The translations under genes and the position numbers were made by a program. Positions 8,300 to 16,053 of a DNA stretch of 64,000 bases are shown here, piece by piece. How positions within the stretch are numbered: the stretch's first letter is position 1; every line of letters begins with the position of its first letter. The notes beneath the pieces are model-generated. The model searched no databases and had not been told where the DNA came from. It saw only the letters and a program-made list of their open reading frames with translations. The stretch lies in the NCBI GenBank assembly GCA_964426845.1, contig CAYRSA010000002.1, forward strand, positions 98,495 through 162,494, read 5' to 3'. The DNA comes from an uncultured Candidatus Saccharibacteria bacterium. Its GTDB lineage: Bacteria; Patescibacteriota; Saccharimonadia; Saccharimonadales; JAGQNJ01.

Positions 8300-8334
8300 C
8301 GGTCAACTACACCACATGTAGTGTTTTTTACAGT

Positions 8335-9129
8335 CTAGATGACGCTAAGCACTAAGACAAAAAGACCCAGAGCAATCCGATAATAGGCGAAAACATCCAG
8401 AGTGTGCTTGGCTAGATACTTAAGCATAAAGGCAATGGCCCAAAGGCCGCTCAGGAAGGCCGCCGAGATGCCGACTGCGAATAGGGCCGGCTGCGCGGAA
8501 ATCTGACTTGCGCCTCCGTCCAGCACAAAAATTTTCAGAATTGCCCCGATCATGACTGGAATGCCTAAAAGGAAGGAAAAGCGTGTAGCCGCCAAACGGT
8601 CCAGACCAGCAAATAATCCCGTGGTAATGGTAATGCCCGACCGCGAGGTTCCCGGAACCAGAGCCAGGGCTTGGGCTACACCAATGGCCAGACCTTGTTT
8701 CGGCGTGACTTTTTCAAGCGACGTCTTTTGTTGATGCTTGCGGTAATAGCGTTCGGCGGCTAGCATCAGGCAAGCGATAATAATCAGGTTGACGGCTACT
8801 AACCGCGTCGATCGGAATGAAGTTTCGGCCAAATCATTCAAGAAAAAGCCAGCGATTACGGCTGGAACAGTAGCTAGCCCCAGAATAATGGCCAGTTTAC
8901 GCTGGGCACCACCTTTAAAAATCGCCACTATCATAATCACCAGCTCCTTACGGAAGAAAATCACTAGAGCCAGCAGGGTCCCCATGTGCAGAGCTACGTC
9001 AAACGCCAATCCAGACTGAGTCACTCCCAGCCAATCGTGCAGTAAAACCAGGTGACCAGAACTAGATACCGGAATAAATTCGGTTAGCCCCTGGACGATG
9101 CCCAAGATTAGAGCATCCAATATGCTCAT
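8335..9129 (-). CDS. uppP: Undecaprenyl-diphosphate phosphatase
   Basis: 264-aa polytopic protein with the BacA/UppP signatures GLTEFIPVSSSGHLVL and PGTSRSGITI. Confidence 0.9.
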   Translation of the reverse strand: MSILDALILGIVQGLTEFIPVSSSGHLVLLHDWLGVTQSGLAFDVALHMGTLLALVIFFRKELVIMIVAIFKGGAQRKLAIILGLATVPAVIAGFFLNDLAETSFRSTRLVAVNLIIIACLMLAAERYYRKHQQKTSLEKVTPKQGLAIGVAQALALVPGTSRSGITITTGLFAGLDRLAATRFSFLLGIPVMIGAILKIFVLDGGASQISAQPALFAVGISAAFLSGLWAIAFMLKYLAKHTLDVFAYYRIALGLFVLVLSVI

Positions 9130-9608
9130 TCTTTAACTTTCTTTTTAAGCTCGCCTAGACGCGGCACAAAACTCATGGCCGCACCTTCTAACCTTAGGGC
9201 CTTGAGCGCCCCAGTTAGCACGTATAGCTCATCGAGTTGAGACTGAGAGACAGTCTGCTGAGCCTCGGCCTGCGAGAAATAATATTCGATCTTTTTGACC
9301 AGCCATTTCTCTTCTTTCTCAGAAACGGCCGTTGATTGAAAAGTGTCGGTGTCAGCACTAGCGATCACTTCTAGCGACCTGGCTGATTTGTCGCGCTTCT
9401 GCAAGTGACCGCGCTTGATGAGATTATTAACATGCAGGGCCACGGTAGCCACCGAGCTGTAGTTACAGCCGCTCATTATTTCCCGGTAGCTAGGGCTATA
9501 GCCGTGTTGCTTTATAAAGCCCTCGATAAAGGTCAGGGTTTCGCGCTGCTTTTTGGTGGGTCGCAGTTTGTCGGCCTTAACGTCTTTTGCTGGTTTAGCT
9601 GGGCTCAT
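9126..9608 (-). CDS. LexA-type winged-helix DNA-binding domain protein lacking the S24 peptidase domain
   Basis: The segment QRETLTFIEGFIKQHGYSPSYREIMSGCNYSSVATVALHVNNLIKRGHLQKRDKSARSLEV resembles the LexA N-terminal DNA-binding domain. The C-terminal 80 aa are helical and acidic with no Ser-Lys dyad region. There are ATGA overlaps with both neighbours (9126-9129 and 9605-9608). Confidence 0.65.
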   Translation of the reverse strand: MSPAKPAKDVKADKLRPTKKQRETLTFIEGFIKQHGYSPSYREIMSGCNYSSVATVALHVNNLIKRGHLQKRDKSARSLEVIASADTDTFQSTAVSEKEEKWLVKKIEYYFSQAEAQQTVSQSQLDELYVLTGALKALRLEGAAMSFVPRLGELKKKVKE

Positions 9609-10048
9609 GCGTAACCTTTCCTAGATTTTCTGGCGGCTGCAAAGACCCAGTATTTGTACCATAGGTAATTCCAGCCGAAGAAGAAACCAGCCGAGACGAA
9701 TTGGCCAATGTATGGCGATATGCCTAGGTACTCTTGTAGTCCCCGGACTATCAGGTAGTCGATGAATAGATTAGCAACAGTTAGGATGAAGTAACGTTCG
9801 GTAACCACAGTTAGCTTCTTGTTCTTGCGGCCACGGTCGAAGACCCAGATACGCTCTAAAATGAAGTTAACGGTAATACCGACTAGGTTGGCGATTAGCT
9901 TGGCCCAGAACAGCGTAAGGCCAAAGGTTTCGTAACAAACCGCGAATGTCAGATAGCCGGACCAAAACCAAGCTCCGCCGGTTATGGAGTAGGCAATTAG
10001 CCGTTTAATTTCAGTTCGCAAATTTTTCGCTTTTTGTTTGCTTTTCAT
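9605..10048 (-). CDS. GtrA-family membrane protein (polyprenyl-phosphate-sugar translocation family)
   Basis: About 148 aa with four TM helices. It has the motif RLIAYSITGGAWFWSGYL and a basic tail. The start is moved to MKSKQKAK (10048). Confidence 0.75.
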   Translation of the reverse strand: MKSKQKAKNLRTEIKRLIAYSITGGAWFWSGYLTFAVCYETFGLTLFWAKLIANLVGITVNFILERIWVFDRGRKNKKLTVVTERYFILTVANLFIDYLIVRGLQEYLGISPYIGQFVSAGFFFGWNYLWYKYWVFAAARKSRKGYA

Positions 10049-10130
10049 ATTATCTTTTCCTGCCAAGATTATACCATTACTCAAGAAGCTTGTGCCTGCT
10101 GATGACAAGTATTAACATACTGAAAGGCAT

Positions 10131-10442
10131 ATGAGTATTAATAGCACACAAAGAAAATGGTTTATTATCCTTGGTAACCTAGTGCCTTTGGCGATTGTTT
10201 ATGTTCCCCAGATCATAGCTTCAAGCCAGCGCCCAGCCAATGCGCCCGAGGATTGGAGTGGTCTTGGCGGTGTCGCTATTATATTTCTTTATGCAGTTGC
10301 TTCTTTTGTGGCACTGTTTATTATGCTGATTGGAAGCTTATTCCGTAAAAAGATAGATTTTCTTTTAGCCCTAACCTCAGTAGTTATCTTAATATATTCT
10401 TATTTTGGTTTAGTGGCGCTGTGGCAAAACAGCTTAAATTAA
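10131..10442 (+). CDS. Hypothetical small membrane protein (3 TM)
   Basis: 103 aa, hydrophobic, with GAAAGG upstream of the ATG. Confidence 0.5.
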   Translation: MSINSTQRKWFIILGNLVPLAIVYVPQIIASSQRPANAPEDWSGLGGVAIIFLYAVASFVALFIMLIGSLFRKKIDFLLALTSVVILIYSYFGLVALWQNSLN

Positions 10443-10447
10443 ACCGC

Positions 10448-10951
10448 TCATTCTGTAACTAGCATCAGGAAGCCCCAGAACAAGACTCCAATGATCACAA
10501 TAGTTACCAAGGTGACAATCAACACAAAGCCGATACGTATTTCTTTTCTAGTCTGAACCTTTTCAGGCGGTAGTCCTTTTATGAGAGCGCTTTTCCATTT
10601 TCTAGACGCTGAGCCACCCTGCGCAAGTCCATTGAGTGTGATATAGCTTAGCCATGACCTGGGATAAAAGAGCGCCCTCCCAAAACCCGTCTTGGCGCTG
10701 ACTGGCTTGGAAAGCGAAAAGACAAACTGTTTGCCAGACTGCATATGAAGTATCATTTGATACTGGGCCATTATGTTGTTCAGGTCTGCGACCTTAAGAT
10801 CGCCTACCTTAATAACAATCCTTTTACCAGATTCTTTCGGAGTAAACGTTATGCTGTCACCATCGAATACCAAGTTACCAATCTCACCCTCACGCCAGAC
10901 CGAATTATTCTCTTCACACAGCCAAGCATCGGTTGCTAGCGTCGGTTTCAT
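10448..10951 (-). CDS. Hypothetical tail-anchored protein (soluble beta-rich N-domain + C-terminal TM)
   Basis: 167 aa with a C-terminal helix IGFVLIVTLVTIVIIGVLFWGFLMLV. No motif was recognised. Confidence 0.5.
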   Translation of the reverse strand: MKPTLATDAWLCEENNSVWREGEIGNLVFDGDSITFTPKESGKRIVIKVGDLKVADLNNIMAQYQMILHMQSGKQFVFSLSKPVSAKTGFGRALFYPRSWLSYITLNGLAQGGSASRKWKSALIKGLPPEKVQTRKEIRIGFVLIVTLVTIVIIGVLFWGFLMLVTE

Positions 10952-10960
10952 GTCTACTGA

Positions 10961-11425
10961 TTAACCCAGTTTCTTGATGCCACGCCCAGCCACGAACGCG
11001 TATATTGCCATAACCAAGCCAATTACTCCATAGAGACCACCGCCATTGCTGCCTAGGGCAATGCTTAAAACGACTGTTACTAGAAAAAGCACAGCACCAG
11101 CAATAGCCACTAGATTAAGTGTTGATGCTACTCTTTTGGCGTCTTGAGCCTTTTTAATCATTACCCCGAAGACAATCCACAGTATTGAAATGATAATGGC
11201 GAGCGCGAAGTAGCCAGTAGTCGCAGCCCGAATATCTTCGTCTACAGAGCTGAGGCCTAGTAGAGCAATTAATCCAACGATCAAGCATAGGGTACCTAGA
11301 CCAATTGATGAAACAGCAGCGTTCCTACGCTTCTTCTCAAACTGCCCTCCGTTCATTGGCTGTGGCTGTGGCGGCTGCTGTGGTTGTTGAGGTTGCTGAG
11401 GTTGTTGAGGCGCTTGAGGATTCAT
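10961..11425 (-). CDS. Hypothetical membrane protein with N-terminal Pro/Gln repeat
   Basis: MNPQAPQQPQQPQQPQQPPQPQP is followed by four predicted TM helices. Confidence 0.55.
   Translation of the reverse strand: MNPQAPQQPQQPQQPQQPPQPQPMNGGQFEKKRRNAAVSSIGLGTLCLIVGLIALLGLSSVDEDIRAATTGYFALAIIISILWIVFGVMIKKAQDAKRVASTLNLVAIAGAVLFLVTVVLSIALGSNGGGLYGVIGLVMAIYAFVAGRGIKKLG
11354..11425 (-). repeat. Imperfect CAG/CAA-CCN triplet/hexamer repeat encoding (PQQ)n
   Basis: The plus strand reads ggctgtggctgtggcggctgctgtggttgttgaggttgctgaggttgttgagg. Confidence 0.7.
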
Positions 11426-11458
11426 CTTTACTCCTTGTATGTTATTGCCTACATAATA

Positions 11459-12796
11459 TCACTTATTGCTCGGTAACTTTGGTTTGGCGTTTGCAGCCAA
11501 CGCTATTCCAGCTAGCCCCCACCACATGAGGCTGAGGGTATCGTCCATCCAGGCGTGCGACACTAAATTAATCACCGATATGCCAATCAGGCTGGCTAGC
11601 AAAACTTGAGCCAAGAGTTGTGCGCGTCTCTCATACAGACGATAGCCAACCCCTACAGTTATGCCTAGGTACAGTATCAGCCCAAATATGCCGACTTCTT
11701 GGGCAACTTGAAGATAATAATTCTCGGCAATCTTGGGACTGGGACCGCGAGCGCTAGCCGGCCCGGCACTGCCCAAGCCTTGGCCAAGAGGGTGATTAAC
11801 CACATCCTTGGCGGCGTCCTGGATAGCCTGGAACCTAACCGAGTTGGCGCTGCTGGCGCTAGAGGTTTCATCGGTGTGAAATATGGTGTTCTGGACGTTG
11901 TCATTGTTCCTAAAAGTATAGACCCCAAAGCCGACTACCAATACCCCGATAAATCCGCCAATTAGTAAGTATTTAAGGACTTTTTTATCTTTGATTGCTA
12001 ATAATGCCCAAGCGGCCAAGCTTATGGCTAGACCAATCCAGGCGCTGCGTGAATAGGTGAAGTATAGAAGCAGCACCGAGCCGCCGATTAGGAAGCCAAA
12101 GGAGAAACGATATGACTTGAATCTGTAAAACATACCAGCAAAAATAGTGATGATGAACGCCAGATAGGCTCCCAGGGGATTTGGTCCACGCAGTAGGGAT
12201 TGAGCTCTGGCATACTCGGTTTTTTGGTCAACGCTTTGAAAAGCCGGAATGGTGTCCGGGCCATAACCAAAGTGGGTCAAAAAATTTCTGTCCAGCACAA
12301 ACTCTTGAAGCAAGCCAAACATGACCACCATGGTAGCTGGGGTGATGACCGCAAACGGCCACCACCTCTGCAAGACTTGGCTCCGAGTGGCGATCAGACC
12401 AACCACCAAGAAAAACAGTAAATATCGGAAGCCGCCGATAAGGCCGTAAGCCGCTGACTCAAAATTGGTAATGCCGGCATTGTACCCATAGGCCGTGCGC
12501 AGTAGTCCCAAGGCGATATACAAAGCTATGAAAAGGGTTAGTTTGGAATGCAGGAACTGTTGTCGAAGCTTTTTGTCCCGAGCAAGTAGCACCACGCACC
12601 CCAGGCTCAGGAAGAGGATAATAATCTCTTTCCAGACCCGTACCTGGTCGTAGTAGCCAATGTGGGAGGCCGCCCAAGTCGTAAAGAACGCGTGCATTGG
12701 CAGTAAGAACAGAATAGCCAAGACTGCCCAGGCCATATAGGTGGCAAGTCTAGAGGTAGTTTGGTCTGCTATTTTGGCGCTCATAGGTGGTATCAT
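11459..12796 (-). CDS. O-antigen ligase / Wzy_C-domain polytopic membrane protein
   Basis: 445 aa with about 11-12 TM segments. It has a Wzy_C-like segment FTYSRSAWIGLAISLAAWALL followed by a large loop. An alternative start lies at 12784. Confidence 0.75.
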   Translation of the reverse strand: MIPPMSAKIADQTTSRLATYMAWAVLAILFLLPMHAFFTTWAASHIGYYDQVRVWKEIIILFLSLGCVVLLARDKKLRQQFLHSKLTLFIALYIALGLLRTAYGYNAGITNFESAAYGLIGGFRYLLFFLVVGLIATRSQVLQRWWPFAVITPATMVVMFGLLQEFVLDRNFLTHFGYGPDTIPAFQSVDQKTEYARAQSLLRGPNPLGAYLAFIITIFAGMFYRFKSYRFSFGFLIGGSVLLLYFTYSRSAWIGLAISLAAWALLAIKDKKVLKYLLIGGFIGVLVVGFGVYTFRNNDNVQNTIFHTDETSSASSANSVRFQAIQDAAKDVVNHPLGQGLGSAGPASARGPSPKIAENYYLQVAQEVGIFGLILYLGITVGVGYRLYERRAQLLAQVLLASLIGISVINLVSHAWMDDTLSLMWWGLAGIALAANAKPKLPSNK

Positions 12797-12807
12797 TACT
12801 AGTATAT

Positions 12808-14223
12808 ATGAAGAACAACGCTTCGTTCCTATACAGCTTGTGCCTCATTTTTACCGATGCCCTGGCCCTGGTGGCGGCTTTTGTTAGTGCCTACATTTTA
12901 CGGGTGACTTACGGCAACACCCCGGTAGCTAATCCAGTCAGTGCCCGGACCTACATTCTTATCTTGGTTTCCCTGCTGCCTGTCTGGCTGTTAATTTTCT
13001 CTCTTATGGGCCTGTACAACCGCAGCATTTACGAAAAGCGCTTCAGTGAATTCGGCCGCCTTTTTGTTGGAACTATTGTCGGCACCCTGCTAATTGTCGG
13101 CTTTGACTACTTCAGCAACGACGTCATCTTCCCGGCCAAGCTGGTGCCTGTCTACGGCATGGGCCTAACCTTTGTGTTCCTGGTGCTGTTTAGAAACGTT
13201 GCCCGCATTATCCGGCGCAGTCTTTTTGGTCATAACCTAGGAATTAGCAATGTCCTAATTGTCGGTAATACTGTGGCTACACAAGAACTGGTTAAGTGGT
13301 TAGCCAAGCCGGAGGTCTCGGGCTACCGCGTTGTCGGTATAGTCGGCAGTCACGAGCGTTTGCCCAAAATGAAGCACTTTAAAACTTTCGAGGAAGCCAT
13401 AGATAAGATTGGCGCCAAACAAATTCACAGCGTCATGCAAACCGAGTTGTTTGCCGAAACCGGCAAGAATGATGAAATCCTAACTTTTGCTCAGAATAAC
13501 CACGTGGCCTACCGGTTCATTCCTGGCAACTCGGAGTTGTTTGTAGGCAACATTGATGTCGAGCTTTTCCAGTCGTCAATCCCAATGATTGCCGTCCACC
13601 AAACTGCTCTCATCGGCTGGGGCCGAATTGCCAAGCGGATTTTCGATCTTATCATGTCGCTTGGAGCAATTATTATACTGTCGCCTATTTATCTACTGAT
13701 CTCAATACTGCTGTTTGTGTTTGATCCCGGCTCGATTATTTTCAAGCAGAAACGTGTAACTCGTTTTAATAAAACTTTTAACATCTATAAGTTCCGCACC
13801 ACTAAAAAGAAATACACCTGCAGCCCAGAAGAAGGCTTTGCCAAAATGGGTCGGCCGGACTTGCTAAAAAAATACCGCGACAATGGCGACTTCTTGCCCA
13901 ACGATCCCCGCTTTACAGCTATTGGTCGGTTTTTACGAAAGACTAGTCTCGACGAACTGCCTCAACTGTTCAATGTGCTGAAGGGCGATATCAGCCTAGT
14001 CGGCCCGCGGGCGCTGGTGCCGGAAGAAATTGATACCGCTGCCGCCAAGCATCAAATTGTTAGCGTCAAATCGGGTATCACTGGTTTTGCTCAGATATCA
14101 GGCCGGAAAGATATTCCACCCGAAGAGCGTCGCAAGCTTGATTTATACTATGTCCAAAACTGGAGCTTCTGGCTGGATATTACGATTCTTATTAAGACCG
14201 TGCGGGTTGTACTAGGCGGATGA
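12808..14223 (+). CDS. Polyprenyl-phosphate sugar-phosphate transferase (WbaP/EpsB-type bacterial sugar transferase), initiating enzyme
   Basis: N-terminal TM bundle plus a C-terminal catalytic domain: IAKRIFDLIMSLGAIIILSPI...SLDELPQLFNVLKGDISLVGPRA...YYVQNWSFWLDI. The start is moved to MKNNAS (12808). Confidence 0.85.
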   Translation: MKNNASFLYSLCLIFTDALALVAAFVSAYILRVTYGNTPVANPVSARTYILILVSLLPVWLLIFSLMGLYNRSIYEKRFSEFGRLFVGTIVGTLLIVGFDYFSNDVIFPAKLVPVYGMGLTFVFLVLFRNVARIIRRSLFGHNLGISNVLIVGNTVATQELVKWLAKPEVSGYRVVGIVGSHERLPKMKHFKTFEEAIDKIGAKQIHSVMQTELFAETGKNDEILTFAQNNHVAYRFIPGNSELFVGNIDVELFQSSIPMIAVHQTALIGWGRIAKRIFDLIMSLGAIIILSPIYLLISILLFVFDPGSIIFKQKRVTRFNKTFNIYKFRTTKKKYTCSPEEGFAKMGRPDLLKKYRDNGDFLPNDPRFTAIGRFLRKTSLDELPQLFNVLKGDISLVGPRALVPEEIDTAAAKHQIVSVKSGITGFAQISGRKDIPPEERRKLDLYYVQNWSFWLDITILIKTVRVVLGG

Positions 14224-15299
14224 GGGTCGCAATTGTCCATGACTGGTTGTTAGAAGGCGGGGCCGAGAAAGTTGTCGAGCAGCTGCATAAGATGTATCCC
14301 GAGGCTCCAATTTATACTTCTTATTCAACGCCTGCGTGGCGAGAGAAGCTGGATAATAAAGTGGTCACGGGATACTTGCAGCGCTGGCCGTTTTCTAAAT
14401 TGCGCAAGATGATACCTTTCTTGCGACAGCGCTGGTTCGAGAGCCTCGATTTTTCGGACTTCGATTTAGTTATCAGTAGTTCAGGAGCCGAAGCCAAAGG
14501 CATCAAAGTCCCGGAAGGCACTCTGCACATTAATTACTGTCATGCGCCGACCCACTACTACTGGAACCGCTATGACGAATACATGAGAGAGCCAGGCTGG
14601 GGCGCGTTTAATCCAGTCGGGCGGTTTGGTCTGAAGCTTTTGCTGGCGCCAATGCGCAAATGGGACCTGAAAGCCGCCAAGCGTCCGGATTACATGATTG
14701 CTAACTCAACTTTTACCCAAGCCCAGATCAAGAAGTATTATCACCGCGATTCGACAGTCATTCACCCACCGGTAGAAATCGACAAGTACTTAGGTAGTAG
14801 CGACGTCGTCCGCAGCGGCTTTATTATCACCGGCCGACACGTACCATACAAGCGCTTTGACCTAGCCATTCAGGCCTGCAGCCAACTGGACTTGCATTTA
14901 AATGTCTTGGGCACCGGACCGGAAACCCGTAAACTAAAGCGCCTGGCTGGACCAACCGTAGAATTTAAAGGCTATGTGTCTGACACCGAGATCGTTGACC
15001 TGTTACAAGGTGCCGAAGCCTTTATCTTCCCTGGCCTCGATGACTTTGGAATCTCGCCAGTAGCCGCCATGGCCGCCGGCACGCCGGTCATTGCTTACAA
15101 AGACGGTGGTTCGCTGGACTATGTTAACAAAGATACTGGTCTGTTTTTCGATAAGCAGTCGGTTGAGTCGTTAGTTAAAGCTCTGCAGGAATTTCCCAAG
15201 CATTCATTTAAACCAGAGGCGGCTCGCAAAGAAGCCAAGAAGTTCAGTCCAGAAAAGTTCCAGCAAGCTATGCGCGAATTTATAAAACGTGCAAAATAG
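14220..15299 (+). CDS. Glycosyltransferase family 4
   Basis: MRVAIVHDWLLEGGAEKV...FPGLDDFGISPVAAMAAGTPVIAYKDGG (GT-B/GT4 C-terminal signature). There is an ATGA overlap with the upstream gene. Confidence 0.8.
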   Translation: MRVAIVHDWLLEGGAEKVVEQLHKMYPEAPIYTSYSTPAWREKLDNKVVTGYLQRWPFSKLRKMIPFLRQRWFESLDFSDFDLVISSSGAEAKGIKVPEGTLHINYCHAPTHYYWNRYDEYMREPGWGAFNPVGRFGLKLLLAPMRKWDLKAAKRPDYMIANSTFTQAQIKKYYHRDSTVIHPPVEIDKYLGSSDVVRSGFIITGRHVPYKRFDLAIQACSQLDLHLNVLGTGPETRKLKRLAGPTVEFKGYVSDTEIVDLLQGAEAFIFPGLDDFGISPVAAMAAGTPVIAYKDGGSLDYVNKDTGLFFDKQSVESLVKALQEFPKHSFKPEAARKEAKKFSPEKFQQAMREFIKRAK

Positions 15300-16053
15300 C
15301 CGACAAGGCCGTAACAGTATCTTGCCACCTAGAAACTTCGATACTGTCGATACCCATGGCTTTAACTGGGTAGTCATTGCCGCCCTCAGCCAGCCGGTCA
15401 CCCAAGAATAAGATGTCATCCATTTCAATCTTCAAAATTTCCATCAGCTTCTTCATGCCATAGCCTTTATCAATACCTAGTTTCGTTACATCAATAGAAG
15501 TCACGCCGCCAACTCGAACTTCAAATTCTGGAATCAGCTTAGCGATATGGTCCCGCAGTTCATTTTTCTTTCGGTTGTCAGGATCCCATTCTTCCTTAAT
15601 TCGCACACCTTCTTCCCCAAGAACATCTACGATATCCTGTCCCAGGACCGAAAAGGTTACTTGGCTACCACGATCTTCGACTGTCTCTCCATATACTTTT
15701 TTGGCTCGATGTCCCAAGTCGTCAAAGCCTTTGTTGAGAGCTTTGATTATTTTCTTGGTCTCTTCCGGCTTAAAATCTTCGGCATAGACGACATCCCAAC
15801 TTCTTTTGGACGAATTGTACTTGTAGTAGCGAGTTCCGCAAGTCGGCATAAGGTGTAGTCTATCTAGCTTTTCTGGTGTGGCTTTCAGTCCATGAAGTAG
15901 CTGTTTCTCAAACTGAGCAAACTTGCCGCCAGATATCACGCAAACCTCGAAATGTTCCAAGATGCCGCTAAGCACCTGTCCAACTTCTTCAGGAAGCGGC
16001 GATTTGCTTGGAGCTAGGGTTCCGTCAAGATCAAAGGCAATTACTTTTTTCAT
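15280..16053 (-). CDS. HAD-IIB hydrolase, phosphomannomutase-like (eukaryotic PMM type)
   Basis: MKKVIAFDLDGTLAPSKSPL (DxDGT) and GDRLAEGGNDYPV. The gene is translationally coupled to manC (overlap at 16050-16053). Confidence 0.7.
   Translation of the reverse strand: MKKVIAFDLDGTLAPSKSPLPEEVGQVLSGILEHFEVCVISGGKFAQFEKQLLHGLKATPEKLDRLHLMPTCGTRYYKYNSSKRSWDVVYAEDFKPEETKKIIKALNKGFDDLGHRAKKVYGETVEDRGSQVTFSVLGQDIVDVLGEEGVRIKEEWDPDNRKKNELRDHIAKLIPEFEVRVGGVTSIDVTKLGIDKGYGMKKLMEILKIEMDDILFLGDRLAEGGNDYPVKAMGIDSIEVSRWQDTVTALSAILHVL

Noticed and set aside
8119-8300. NAD+-type riboswitch as the identity of the leader (tempting because nadD is downstream)
   Set aside because: I could not see the ACANCCCC/GGGG-type tandem domains I associate with nadA-motif RNAs, nor a pnuC-motif-like pseudoknot. 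The conserved strings present fit the cobalamin core better.
8303-8327. Imperfect palindrome ACACCACATGTAGTGT followed by TTTTTT (plus strand), considered as the uppP terminator
   Set aside because: The T-run follows the hairpin only on the plus strand, where no upstream gene exists. On the minus strand (the uppP direction) the A-run precedes the hairpin. The stem has a mismatch and essentially no loop.
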